A DNA stretch of 64,000 bases, taken from NCBI GenBank assembly GCA_900540305.1, contig UQFL01000001.1, positions 45,144 to 109,143 of the forward strand. Direction: 5' to 3'. How positions within the stretch are numbered: position 1 is the first letter of the stretch; every line of letters starts with the position of its first letter. Positions 48,293-57,420 of the stretch are shown here, in pieces. The DNA is from an uncultured Oscillospiraceae bacterium (lineage in GTDB: Bacteria > Bacillota > Clostridia > Oscillospirales > Acutalibacteraceae). A program made the translations under genes and the position numbers. The notes below the pieces were generated by a model, which was not told the DNA's origin, searched no databases, and saw nothing but the letters and a program-made list of their open reading frames with translations.

Positions 48293-50151
48293 TGAAGGGA
48301 CCAATGGGACCGAAACACGGAGAACACGGTTATGCAAAACCGAAGGACGCCAAAAAAACATTCGGGCGCATACTTCAGTATATGGGAAGAAGCAAGCTTT
48401 TTCTTGCCGTAGTATTTATTTGCCTTGTTTTGAGCACGGTATGCCAGCTTGCCGCTTCTTATTGGCTCAAACCTATACTGAATGATATTGAAACATCAAT
48501 TGCAGCAGGCAACTTTATGACGGTAGGTATAAAACAGCTTGTTCAGAACCTTATAATTGTTGCTGCGTTTTATTTGGGAATGGCGCTTTTCACATTCATT
48601 CAAAGCCGCGTAATGGTAACTATTGCTTATAAGACAACAAACCTTATAAGAAAAGAACTTTTCAACCATATGCAGTCGCTCCCTCTCAGATATTTTGACA
48701 GTCAGACACACGGCGAAATAATGAGCCGTTTTACAAACGATGTAGATAATATCCAAATGATGCTTGAGCAGTCTATGGTTCAGCTTGTTTCTTCTGTTTT
48801 CACTTTTACAGGCATCATAGTAATGATGATTTATTTAAGTCCGAAATTGTTTATCATTTCTCTTGTATTTCTTATCATTATGGTTGTCAGTGTTAGTCAG
48901 GTGGGAAAGAAATCAAGAAAATATTTCCAAAAACAGCAGAGCAAACTCGGCGAAATGAACGGAAATATCGAGGAAACAATCGAGGGCATGAGAGTAGTAA
49001 AAGTTTTCAACCACGAAGACGCTGCTATCAGTGTGTTTGACGAAAAGAACAATGATTTTAGAAAAGCCGCAACAAATGCAAACTTCTTTGCGGGAATTAT
49101 GGGTCCTTGTTCAATGGGTATCAATAACGCAAGCTATGCAACACTTGCTCTTGCAGGCGGACTTTTGACACTTACAACAGGACTTGACATAGGCACATAT
49201 TTCGCATATTTAAGTTACGCTAAACAGTTTACACAGCCTATTAACCAGATAGCAAACCAGATGAACACTATATTCTCAGCGCTTGCAGGTGCAGAGCGTG
49301 TATTTGAGATTATGGATATGAGCGCAGAGGTTGACGAGGGTACGGTAACTCTTGAAACTAAAGAGGAAAACGGCGAAACAAAGAGATATTGGAATGACGG
49401 CGGAAAACTCATTCCGGTTGAAGGAAATGTTGTATTCGACAATGTTTATTTCTCTTATGTAGAAGGCAAAACTGTCCTTAAAGATATAAACCTTTACGCA
49501 AAGCACGGTCAAAAGATTGCTTTTGTAGGTTCAACTGGTGCAGGTAAAACTACTATTACAAATCTTATTAACAGATTTTACGATATTCAGGAAGGCACTA
49601 TAACCTATGACGGTATAGACATTAAGCGCATTAAGAAGGATGATTTGAGAAAATCGCTTTCAATAGTTCTTCAGGATACGCACCTTTTCACCGGTACGGT
49701 TATGGACAATATAAGATACGGCAGACTTGAAGCTACTGATGAAGAGTGTATTGCGGCGGCAAGGCTTGCTTCTGCTCATTCATTTATCAGGCGTTTGCCC
49801 GATGGCTATAACACGGTTATTTCAGGCGACGGCGGCAACCTTTCACAGGGTCAGCGTCAGTTGCTTGCAATAGCAAGAGCGGCTGTTGCAAAACCGGTTG
49901 TTCTTATTCTTGACGAGGCAACATCTTCAGTTGATACAAGAACCGAGCTCCATATTGAACACGGTATGGATAGACTAATGGAGGGAAGAACGGTATTTGT
50001 AATCGCCCACAGACTTTCAACCGTTAGGAACTCAAACGCAATTATGGTACTTGAAAACGGTGTTATAATTGAGCGCGGAGATCATGATGTTCTTATGGAA
50101 AATAAAGGAAGATATTATGAACTTTGCACCGGAAAGGCGCAGTTGTCATAG
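48292..50151 (+). CDS. ABC transporter permease/ATP-binding protein (type I exporter half-transporter, subunit B)
   Basis: Overlaps the upstream gene as ATGA. A 6-TM domain is followed by an NBD with Walker A GSTGAGKTT, signature LSQGQRQL and Walker B LILDEATSSVD. This is probably the heterodimeric partner of the preceding gene. Confidence 0.85.
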   Translation: MKGPMGPKHGEHGYAKPKDAKKTFGRILQYMGRSKLFLAVVFICLVLSTVCQLAASYWLKPILNDIETSIAAGNFMTVGIKQLVQNLIIVAAFYLGMALFTFIQSRVMVTIAYKTTNLIRKELFNHMQSLPLRYFDSQTHGEIMSRFTNDVDNIQMMLEQSMVQLVSSVFTFTGIIVMMIYLSPKLFIISLVFLIIMVVSVSQVGKKSRKYFQKQQSKLGEMNGNIEETIEGMRVVKVFNHEDAAISVFDEKNNDFRKAATNANFFAGIMGPCSMGINNASYATLALAGGLLTLTTGLDIGTYFAYLSYAKQFTQPINQIANQMNTIFSALAGAERVFEIMDMSAEVDEGTVTLETKEENGETKRYWNDGGKLIPVEGNVVFDNVYFSYVEGKTVLKDINLYAKHGQKIAFVGSTGAGKTTITNLINRFYDIQEGTITYDGIDIKRIKKDDLRKSLSIVLQDTHLFTGTVMDNIRYGRLEATDEECIAAARLASAHSFIRRLPDGYNTVISGDGGNLSQGQRQLLAIARAAVAKPVVLILDEATSSVDTRTELHIEHGMDRLMEGRTVFVIAHRLSTVRNSNAIMVLENGVIIERGDHDVLMENKGRYYELCTGKAQLS

Positions 50152-50284
50152 TTTTGTATCAAATATTGCAAACAAAAGATTGAAAAAAATTAATAAAACA
50201 TCTTTACAAAATATATTTTAGATGGTATAATTCAACTGTATTATATTTCAGTAATTATATTACTTTGATTAATGAGGTGTTTTT

Positions 50285-50830
50285 ATGAAAAAGTTATTAT
50301 CAGTAATCATTTCGGTTATTGCCGTAGTTGCTGTATGTGCTTCTTTTGCAATTCCTTCAATGGCAGCAATAAATGTTTACAGCCCCGAAGGAGAGGTTAT
50401 CGTTCATAGACTTAACGAGCCTACAGTAAACGGTGAAAAGTCAACAAAGATCGGCGCTGCTCAGAGTAGTACAGACAGTGACACATTTACTTTCACTTTC
50501 TCAGGCACAGAAAAGCTTCTCGGCTGGAACTTGATTGACAAAAACGGCAAGGAAATCGCTTTGAGCGACAGTGATGCAAGCTATAAAATCGTAGCTAAGG
50601 AAGGCAAAACCCTTACTATTAAAATCCTTGACTGGACATATTTTGAAGCTCCTGACGGATATACTGTAAACGCTTTGGTTGAAGCAGATTCAACAGGCGG
50701 CACTGCTGACAAGGACGATTCTTCTAAAGCTCCCGAAACAGGTGCAGTTTCAATCGCTCTTGCTTCTGTAGCAGCAGCAGGCGCTGGCGCAGCTGTTCTT
50801 GCTCTTTCAAAAAAGAAAGATGCTGAATAA
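50285..50830 (+). CDS. Small secreted protein with a C-terminal sortase sorting signal (APETG, then a hydrophobic stretch, then a KKKD tail); probable sortase substrate
   Basis: It has a signal peptide and a ~120 aa mature domain. The C-terminus is ...SSKAPETG-AVSIALASVAAAGAGAAVLAL-SKKKDAE, the classic tripartite cell-wall sorting signal with an xPxTG-type motif. Confidence 0.65.
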   Translation: MKKLLSVIISVIAVVAVCASFAIPSMAAINVYSPEGEVIVHRLNEPTVNGEKSTKIGAAQSSTDSDTFTFTFSGTEKLLGWNLIDKNGKEIALSDSDASYKIVAKEGKTLTIKILDWTYFEAPDGYTVNALVEADSTGGTADKDDSSKAPETGAVSIALASVAAAGAGAAVLALSKKKDAE

Positions 50831-50848
50831 TTATAATTAATACTATTA

Positions 50849-50885
50849 AAAAACCTGTTTCCTGTGGGTAACAGGTTTTTTTAAT
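50849..50885 (+). terminator. Rho-independent terminator after the sortase-substrate gene
   Basis: Stem aacctgtt / aacaggtt is followed by TTTTTTTAATG. Confidence 0.8.
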
Positions 50886-50955
50886 GTTTATGAGTTGATG
50901 AAATAGAAAATATATTCTCGAAGCAAATGTACGAATAAGAAATTGCGGTGTAGTA

Positions 50956-51729
50956 ATGAAAGATAATAAAAAGTCAAATTCAATAAGAATTGTGTTGATA
51001 ATTGTTTTTGCAATCATTTTTGTTTGCTGCTGTGTATATATAGGTTTTTATTTATATAATTCAAGTCGTGCTGAAACGGAATATACAACCATTTCCACTT
51101 CTGCACAGACAACAACCCAGGGTGCGCTTGCGGATAATCCTGTTGATTTTGAATCGCTTCAGGCGCAGAATGATGAAATTTATGCATGGATAAAAATTGA
51201 TGATACGGATGTTGACTATCCTATTGTCCAAAGCAAAAATGATGATAATTTTTATCTTAATCACAGCGCTATTGATAAATCTTGGCTCGCAAGCGGAGCG
51301 ATTTATACGCAGGGCTGCAACAGCATTGATTTTTCAGACCCGATAACTCTTGTTTACGGTCATAACGGATATAAGGAAACAATGTTTACAACGCTTCATA
51401 AATTTGAAGACGCTGATTTCTTTAATTCACACGAATATTTTTATATTTATCTTCCCGGCAGAAAGTTGACTTATCAGGTTATATCAGCCTTTAAATATGA
51501 TGACAGACATATAATGAATTCGTTCAATTTTGCTGATGCTAATGACCTGAAAACATTTCAGAATACGGTTACAAATCCAACATCTGCTCTTAAAAATGTT
51601 AGAACAGACCTTGATACAGAAATAAATGAAAACAGCAAAATCGTTGTTTTATCAACTTGTATAACTAATCAAAAAAGTAACAGATATCTTGTATGCGGAG
51701 TGTTAGTAAAAGATGAGCAAACCAATTGA
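50956..51729 (+). CDS. srtB: Class B sortase (SrtB-type cysteine transpeptidase)
   Basis: An N-terminal TM anchor is present. SrtB-like blocks are ...YAWIKIDDTDVDYPIVQSKNDDNFYLNH..., the His loop LVYGHN, the catalytic Cys in VVLSTC and the conserved Arg in NRYLVCGVLV. Confidence 0.75.
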   Translation: MKDNKKSNSIRIVLIIVFAIIFVCCCVYIGFYLYNSSRAETEYTTISTSAQTTTQGALADNPVDFESLQAQNDEIYAWIKIDDTDVDYPIVQSKNDDNFYLNHSAIDKSWLASGAIYTQGCNSIDFSDPITLVYGHNGYKETMFTTLHKFEDADFFNSHEYFYIYLPGRKLTYQVISAFKYDDRHIMNSFNFADANDLKTFQNTVTNPTSALKNVRTDLDTEINENSKIVVLSTCITNQKSNRYLVCGVLVKDEQTN

Positions 51730-52963
51730 TCCAAATCTTAATTCGGATGAACTTTTCAATCCCGATAATAAAGATATTAATACAACGGCTGACAGTGTGC
51801 AGGAAAATACGCAAAAATCAGATTTTTCCGTGTTGGAGGTAGATAAGGGAGAATATACTCCGAGCAGACATCATCATTCTCACAGCTCAAGTCATTCTCA
51901 TTCTCACAGTCACCACCATCATCACAGGCATCATTCAAGCCGTTCAAAAAAGAAGAAAAAACCGCTTTGGTTTAGAATTTTAATAATTATTATAGCAATT
52001 ATTTTTGCGGCTGTTGCAATAGTCGGCGGCACATATATTTATCTTCGTGATAAGGGTCAGAAAGAGCTTGTGGTTGAGCCTGCAAACCCGAAATATGAGG
52101 AAACTATTGAGTACAATGGTCATACCTATATATATGATAAAAACAAGGTAGCTTTTGCTTTCATCGGCGTAGACCGTGAAAATATTGCTCCTGAAGGCGG
52201 CAGTGTAATCGGAAATGCAGGACAGGCTGATACGGATATTGTCGGCGTTATTGATACGGCAACAGGAAAAGTAAGCCTTATCACTATTCCGAGAGATACA
52301 ATGGTTGATATTGACCTTTACTCTGCGTCAGGCGAATTTGTAAGAACTGAAAAAATGCAGCTTTGCCTTTCCTATGCTTACGGTGACGGCGGTGAGAAAT
52401 CCTGCAAGAATGTTACAACTGCTATGAGCCGTATTCTCGGAAATGTTCCGATAGAAAATTATTTTGCTCTTGATCTCGGCGGAATCGCACCTCTCAATGA
52501 CGCAATAGGCGGCGTAACTGTAACTTCGCTTTATGATTTCCCGCAGGAGGGGATTAGCAAGGGTGATACCATTACTATTAAAGGCGACTTTGCAGAAACC
52601 TATGTTCGTTACAGAAGCCTTGATACAATAGACGCTTCTTTAAACAGAACAGAGCGTCAGACTCAGTATATTAAAGCGTATGCTCAGCAACTCAGAACAG
52701 CTGTAACAAACGATTTCTCGGTTGTTTCCAAGCTTTACAATACGGCGGCTGAATACAGCCAAACAAATATTTCATTAAGTTCTGTAACTTATCTTGCTTC
52801 TGTTGTTCTTTCACACGGAATAACTGATATACAGCAATATACGCTTGAGGGAGAAATGAAAGCTTCCAGCGAGGTTACAGAGGATGTATTTGCGGAATAC
52901 TATGTTGACGAGGATTCTGTAATGGATGTTGTAGTTAACTGCTTTTATCAGCAGGTAAATTAA
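51713..52963 (+). CDS. LytR-CpsA-Psr (LCP) family glycopolymer phosphotransferase with a His/Ser-rich cytoplasmic N-terminal tail
   Basis: Overlaps the sortase gene by 17 nt. The N-terminal ~95 aa are cytoplasmic and contain SRHHHSHSSSHSHSHSHHHHHRHHSSRSKKKKK. A TM helix follows, then an LCP catalytic domain (...FAFIGVDRE... DTDIVGVIDTATGKVSLITIPRDT...). Confidence 0.75.
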   Translation: MSKPIDPNLNSDELFNPDNKDINTTADSVQENTQKSDFSVLEVDKGEYTPSRHHHSHSSSHSHSHSHHHHHRHHSSRSKKKKKPLWFRILIIIIAIIFAAVAIVGGTYIYLRDKGQKELVVEPANPKYEETIEYNGHTYIYDKNKVAFAFIGVDRENIAPEGGSVIGNAGQADTDIVGVIDTATGKVSLITIPRDTMVDIDLYSASGEFVRTEKMQLCLSYAYGDGGEKSCKNVTTAMSRILGNVPIENYFALDLGGIAPLNDAIGGVTVTSLYDFPQEGISKGDTITIKGDFAETYVRYRSLDTIDASLNRTERQTQYIKAYAQQLRTAVTNDFSVVSKLYNTAAEYSQTNISLSSVTYLASVVLSHGITDIQQYTLEGEMKASSEVTEDVFAEYYVDEDSVMDVVVNCFYQQVN

Positions 52964-52980
52964 TATTAAAGGAGTTTACA

Positions 52981-53820
52981 ATGAACAGTGAATTGAAAAG
53001 GGAACTTCAGATTTACGCAACCCAGATAAGAATGGGTATTATAGAAGGTACCTATAATGCAAAAGCAGGTCATCCGGGCGGAAGCCTTTCATCTGCTGAT
53101 GTTCTTGCTTATCTTTACGGCGTTAAGATGAAGTATGATGTTAAAAATCCCAAGGATGAAAACAGAGACAGATTTGTTCTTTCAAAGGGTCACGGCGCTC
53201 CTGCGCTTTACAGTGCGCTTGCATACAAGGGCTTTTTCCCCGTTGAGGATTTGAAAACACTCCGTCATATCGGTTCTTATCTTCAGGGCCATCCCAATAT
53301 GAACACCGTTCCCGGTGTTGATATGAGCACAGGCTCTCTCGGTCAGGGCATCAGCGCCGCTTGCGGAATGGCAAAGGGTGCAAAAATGCTCTCAAAGGAT
53401 ATTAAGGTTTATACACTTCTCGGCGACGGTGAAATCGAAGAGGGTCAGGTTTGGGAGGCTATGATGTTTGCTTCTCAGTATAAGCTTGACAATCTCTGCG
53501 TTATCATTGATGTAAACGGACTTCAGATTGACGGCAAATGCTGTGATGTTATGAGTGCTGAGCCTATTGATGAAAAGGTTAAGGCGTTTGGATTTGATTA
53601 TATTGTAATCAACGGAAATGATTTTGACGAGTTTGAAAAAGCTTTTGACGCTTTTGACAAGAGCGATAAACCGTTTGCAATTATTATGAAGACTGTAAAA
53701 GGTCTCGGCGTTTCTTATATGGAAAATGCTGTTGATTGGCACGGTAAAGCTCCGAATACAGAAGAATATGAAATAGCAATGGCAGAGCTTAGTGAAAAGC
53801 TTGCGGAATTGGAGGCGTAA
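52981..53820 (+). CDS. Transketolase, N-terminal (TPP-binding) subunit
   Basis: ...GHPGGSLSSADVLAYLY... and GDGEIEEGQVWEA are transketolase N-terminal half motifs. Length is 279 aa. Confidence 0.9.
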   Translation: MNSELKRELQIYATQIRMGIIEGTYNAKAGHPGGSLSSADVLAYLYGVKMKYDVKNPKDENRDRFVLSKGHGAPALYSALAYKGFFPVEDLKTLRHIGSYLQGHPNMNTVPGVDMSTGSLGQGISAACGMAKGAKMLSKDIKVYTLLGDGEIEEGQVWEAMMFASQYKLDNLCVIIDVNGLQIDGKCCDVMSAEPIDEKVKAFGFDYIVINGNDFDEFEKAFDAFDKSDKPFAIIMKTVKGLGVSYMENAVDWHGKAPNTEEYEIAMAELSEKLAELEA

Positions 53821-53822
53821 GA

Positions 53823-54767
53823 ATGGCTGAAGTAAAATGTGTGGCAACCCGTGAAAGCTACGGAAACGCTCTTAAAGAGCTTGCGGCAGAGGGTGCAGAT
53901 AATCTTGTAGTGCTTGACGCAGACCTTTCCGCCGCTACAAAAACAGGTATATTCAAAAAAGCTTATCCCGATCGTCATATCAACTGCGGTATTGCAGAGT
54001 CTAATATGATGAGCGTTGCAGCTGGTCTCAGCACAATGGGCATGGTTCCGTTTGCTTCAAGCTTCGCAATGTTCGCTGCGGGCAGAGCTTTTGAGCAGAT
54101 TAGAAACTCAATCGGTTATCCCCATCTTAATGTAAAAATCGGTGCTACTCACGCAGGTATTTCAGTTGGTGAGGACGGCGCTTCTCATCAGTGCTGTGAG
54201 GATTTTGCTCTTATGAGATCAATCCCAGGTATGGTAGTTATCTGCCCCGCTGACGATGTAGAGGCAAAACAGGCTGTTAAAGCTGCTTATAAGTATGAGG
54301 GCCCCGTTTATCTCAGATTCGGCAGACTTGCTGTTCCGGTTTTCCACAGCGAGGATTATAAATTTGAAATCGGCAAGGGCGAAGTTGTTAAAGAGGGTAA
54401 AGATGTTACCATTATTGCAAACGGCCTTATGGTTGCTGAGGCGGCAGACGCTGCAAATCAGCTTGCTGAGTGCGGTATAGACGCAGAAGTTATAAATATG
54501 GCAACAATCAAGCCGCTTGATGAAGAGCTTGTTATTAAATCTGCTTCAAAAACAGGTAAAGTAATCACAGTTGAGGAGCACAGCATAATCGGCGGCCTCG
54601 GAGAGGCTGTATGCGCCGCTCTTTCAACAAAGTGCCCCACTCCCGTGGTAAGAATAGGCATTAATGATGAATTCGGTCACAGCGGCCCTGCAAAGGATCT
54701 TCTTAAGCAGTTTGGTCTTTCTGCTGAAAACATTGTTAAAACAACAAAAGAGTTTTTGAATAAGTAA
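53823..54767 (+). CDS. Transketolase, C-terminal (pyrimidine-binding) subunit
   Basis: ...FNCGIAESNMMSVAAGL... and a C-terminal transketolase_C domain. Length is 314 aa. Confidence 0.9.
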   Translation: MAEVKCVATRESYGNALKELAAEGADNLVVLDADLSAATKTGIFKKAYPDRHINCGIAESNMMSVAAGLSTMGMVPFASSFAMFAAGRAFEQIRNSIGYPHLNVKIGATHAGISVGEDGASHQCCEDFALMRSIPGMVVICPADDVEAKQAVKAAYKYEGPVYLRFGRLAVPVFHSEDYKFEIGKGEVVKEGKDVTIIANGLMVAEAADAANQLAECGIDAEVINMATIKPLDEELVIKSASKTGKVITVEEHSIIGGLGEAVCAALSTKCPTPVVRIGINDEFGHSGPAKDLLKQFGLSAENIVKTTKEFLNK

Positions 54768-54786
54768 TTCAGAATTTCTGATAAGA

Positions 54787-54826
54787 AAAGCGATGTAAGG
54801 TTTTCCTTGCATCGCTTTATTTTTTA
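54787..54826 (+). terminator. Rho-independent terminator after the transketolase genes
   Basis: A long stem aaagcgatgtaagg / ccttgcatcgcttt is followed by a TTTATTTTTT run. Confidence 0.8.
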
Positions 54827-54960
54827 CTCGGATTTTACAAAACGAACAGAATCTTGACATAACCATAAAAAAATTTCCTGAATTTGACTTTAAGATAATT
54901 TGAATTTAACAGATAAGGTGCAGAATATGTAATGTAATAAATTAAAGGAGAAATATTGAT

Positions 54961-55161
54961 ATGAAATTATTTATTCATTACTTTTTGGTTTTCGTACTCT
55001 CGGTTGGAAGCATAGCAGGCGGTGTGTTTGCTATTTATAATTGCAGCGGTTTAAACTGCGTTTGGTATTATGCAGGTTCAGTTCTTTGCCTTGCAGGCGC
55101 ATGCGCAATCATTTCTGAAATAATCAAATTTGTAAACGTAAAAAGAGGTAAGCTTGTTTGA
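54961..55161 (+). CDS. Small (66 aa) two-TM membrane protein, hypothetical
   Basis: Two hydrophobic helices. Its stop overlaps the TTG start of the GtrA-like gene, which is consistent with translational coupling. Confidence 0.4.
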   Translation: MKLFIHYFLVFVLSVGSIAGGVFAIYNCSGLNCVWYYAGSVLCLAGACAIISEIIKFVNVKRGKLV

Positions 55162-55676
55162 AAACTAAAATTTTGGCTTTTACTGAAAAGCATTCAGAGA
55201 TATGGAAATTTGTAAAATTCACTTTTACGGGCGCAAGCACTTCTGTGCTTGAACTCGGCGTGTTTATGTTTTTGCAGTATGTAGTTTTTAAAAGTCTTAA
55301 CGAAGTCCCTGTAACAGATAATGCTGTTTTGTCATTCCTCGGTATTGAATATAAAGGATATTTGTATTCATATGCCGTATCTGCTATAATAGGTTATGCG
55401 GCGGCGTATATTATGAATAGAAAGCTTACTTTTAAAGCGGACGCCAATCCGTTCTTGTCTACCGTGATTTATGCCGTAATGGTTGTGTGCACAATAGCGT
55501 TTAACACTTGGTTCGGCGCTTTTCTCGGCACGCTGATTAAAAACGGTGGTTATGATACGGTAATTGTAGAAATGATTACAAAGGTTGTTGTAATGACTGT
55601 TCCAACAATCTGGACATATCCGCTCAACAGATTTGTAATCCATAGAAAGAAAAAGCCTGCTTTGGCAATGGCTTGA
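55158..55676 (+). CDS. GtrA-family membrane protein (polysaccharide-biosynthesis-associated)
   Basis: 172 aa with four TM helices. TTG start 7 nt after the AGAGG RBS. The N-terminus WKFVKFTFTGASTSVLELGVFMFL is GtrA-like. Confidence 0.55.
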   Translation: MKTKILAFTEKHSEIWKFVKFTFTGASTSVLELGVFMFLQYVVFKSLNEVPVTDNAVLSFLGIEYKGYLYSYAVSAIIGYAAAYIMNRKLTFKADANPFLSTVIYAVMVVCTIAFNTWFGAFLGTLIKNGGYDTVIVEMITKVVVMTVPTIWTYPLNRFVIHRKKKPALAMA

Positions 55677-55691
55677 AATGAGGAGTAAATT

Positions 55692-56522
55692 ATGGCTGTA
55701 ATTGCCTGCGACCTTGACGGAACTTTGCTTTCAGACTGCATAACTGTAAGTGAAGAAAATCTTGCGGCAATCGAAAGGCTTGCAAAAAAGGGAGTTACAC
55801 TTTGTATAGCAACGGGAAGAACATTTTATGAAATTCCTAAAATTCTTCTTGAAAACCCTTATATAAAATATTTTATATATTCAAACGGAGCGGGGATTTA
55901 CGAAAATTCAAAGGGGATTATTTACTCTTCTCCAATTGAAGCTGAAACAGCAAAAGAAGTTTTCGCACTGCTCAATTCATACAGCACATTTATAGAGGTG
56001 TACACAAACGGAAACCCTCTTGTTGACTCAGAAAAATTCAACGAAGCGGGATTTGCAAAATACAGAATAGACGAAAGCTTTTTGCCTGAGCTTTTAAGAA
56101 GCAGAAAACCCGTTGAAAATTTCATCGAAAAGATAAATAATGCACCTCGTGAAATAGAGATGTTTGATGTGTTTTTCAGGCATATGAGAGAGCGTGAGGA
56201 GTGCTTGAGCAAAATAAGGCACTGCTTTGGTCAACTCGAAACAACATCGTCTATGCGAAATAATCTTGAGATTATGAACAGCGGAATAAATAAAGGAAGC
56301 GCTCTTAAAAAATTGTGCGAAATTGCAGGCTTTTCAACTGCCGAGGTTATTGCCCTCGGGGACAGTAAAAACGATATTGCTATGTTTAACACAGCAGGAA
56401 AATGCTTTGCCGTTTCAAACGCCTGTGATGAATTAAAAGAGAGAAGCACTGCTGTTATTTGCAGTAATAAAGAAAATGTAATTTGCTATGTTGAGCAATA
56501 TTTAGAGGAAAACGGTTTTTGA
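55692..56522 (+). CDS. Cof-type HAD-IIB family phosphatase
   Basis: Motif I CDLDGTLL, motif II TGR, and motif III/IV ...ALGDSKNDIAMF... are present. Length is 276 aa. Confidence 0.8.
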   Translation: MAVIACDLDGTLLSDCITVSEENLAAIERLAKKGVTLCIATGRTFYEIPKILLENPYIKYFIYSNGAGIYENSKGIIYSSPIEAETAKEVFALLNSYSTFIEVYTNGNPLVDSEKFNEAGFAKYRIDESFLPELLRSRKPVENFIEKINNAPREIEMFDVFFRHMREREECLSKIRHCFGQLETTSSMRNNLEIMNSGINKGSALKKLCEIAGFSTAEVIALGDSKNDIAMFNTAGKCFAVSNACDELKERSTAVICSNKENVICYVEQYLEENGF

Positions 56523-56523
56523 T

Positions 56524-57378
56524 ATGCAGGATGCAATTCATTTTTTAAACACGGGTCATTCAGATTGTATAATTATTGAAAGCGGAGGCAGATTTGCAAT
56601 GGTAGACGCTGCGGAGGATAATGATTATCCTGCAAATAAGCCGATGTTAAAGCTTCAGGGGTATGAGGAGGAGGTTTGCAAATACCTCGTTGACAACTGC
56701 GCAGATGAAAACGGTGTTGTAACTCTTGATTTTATTCTCGGCACTCACGCCCATTCAGACCATATCGGCGGTTTTGATACGGTTATCAATCACCCTCAGA
56801 TTAAAGTAAAAAAAGCATTTCTTAAAAAGTATGTTGAAAAGGATATAAATTATTTTGAGCGTTCTCAATGGGATAATACTGAGGTTTATATGCAGATGTA
56901 TAATGCTCTTAAAAATAAAAATGTGGATATTGTAGAGGAGTTTAACGGCTGTTCTTTCAAATTCGGCAATTTCAACATTACCTTTTTCAACGGCACTCAT
57001 GAACGGCATTACCGTAAATGCGGCGAAAATGTAAATTCCGTTGTAACACTTGTTGAAAAGAACGGTTTGAGGGCGCTTTTGGCAGGGGATTTCAATACGA
57101 AATTTTTGTCCGAAAAAAAGCTTGCGCCCAAAATTGGCAAGGTGAATTTGCTCAAGGTTGCTCACCACTGTTATGCAGGCTCTTCTTCAAAAGTCTGGAT
57201 AAAAACTCTTAACCCCGATATTGCAGTAATAACAAATAGTCTTAAAAAAGCAGACAGCCGTGTTTTGGCACGCATAAAAAAATATGCTTCGCCAGAGGTG
57301 TATACTACGGTTGACTGCAACGGCGTAAAAGCCGTTTTAGGTGATACTGCTATTGAAATGATAAAGAATATTATGTAA
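56524..57378 (+). CDS. MBL-fold metallo-hydrolase
   Basis: The HAHSDHIGG metallo-beta-lactamase motif (HxHxDH) and downstream His/Asp ligands are present. Confidence 0.75.
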   Translation: MQDAIHFLNTGHSDCIIIESGGRFAMVDAAEDNDYPANKPMLKLQGYEEEVCKYLVDNCADENGVVTLDFILGTHAHSDHIGGFDTVINHPQIKVKKAFLKKYVEKDINYFERSQWDNTEVYMQMYNALKNKNVDIVEEFNGCSFKFGNFNITFFNGTHERHYRKCGENVNSVVTLVEKNGLRALLAGDFNTKFLSEKKLAPKIGKVNLLKVAHHCYAGSSSKVWIKTLNPDIAVITNSLKKADSRVLARIKKYASPEVYTTVDCNGVKAVLGDTAIEMIKNIM

Positions 57379-57420
57379 AAAAACAGAGATTGGTTTTGAT
57401 TCCAATCTCTGTTTTCTTAT
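57378..57420. terminator. Bidirectional rho-independent terminator between the MBL gene (+) and nrdG (-)
   Basis: A 13-bp stem aaacagagattgg / ccaatctctgttt is flanked by an A-run and a T-run. Confidence 0.85.

Noticed and set aside
52981-54767. Transketolase split into two ORFs as a possible frameshifted pseudogene
   Set aside because: The N- and C-terminal halves are encoded as separate, properly initiated genes (stop TAA, then an ATG 3 nt later with an RBS). This is the normal split-transketolase organisation in many Firmicutes and archaea.
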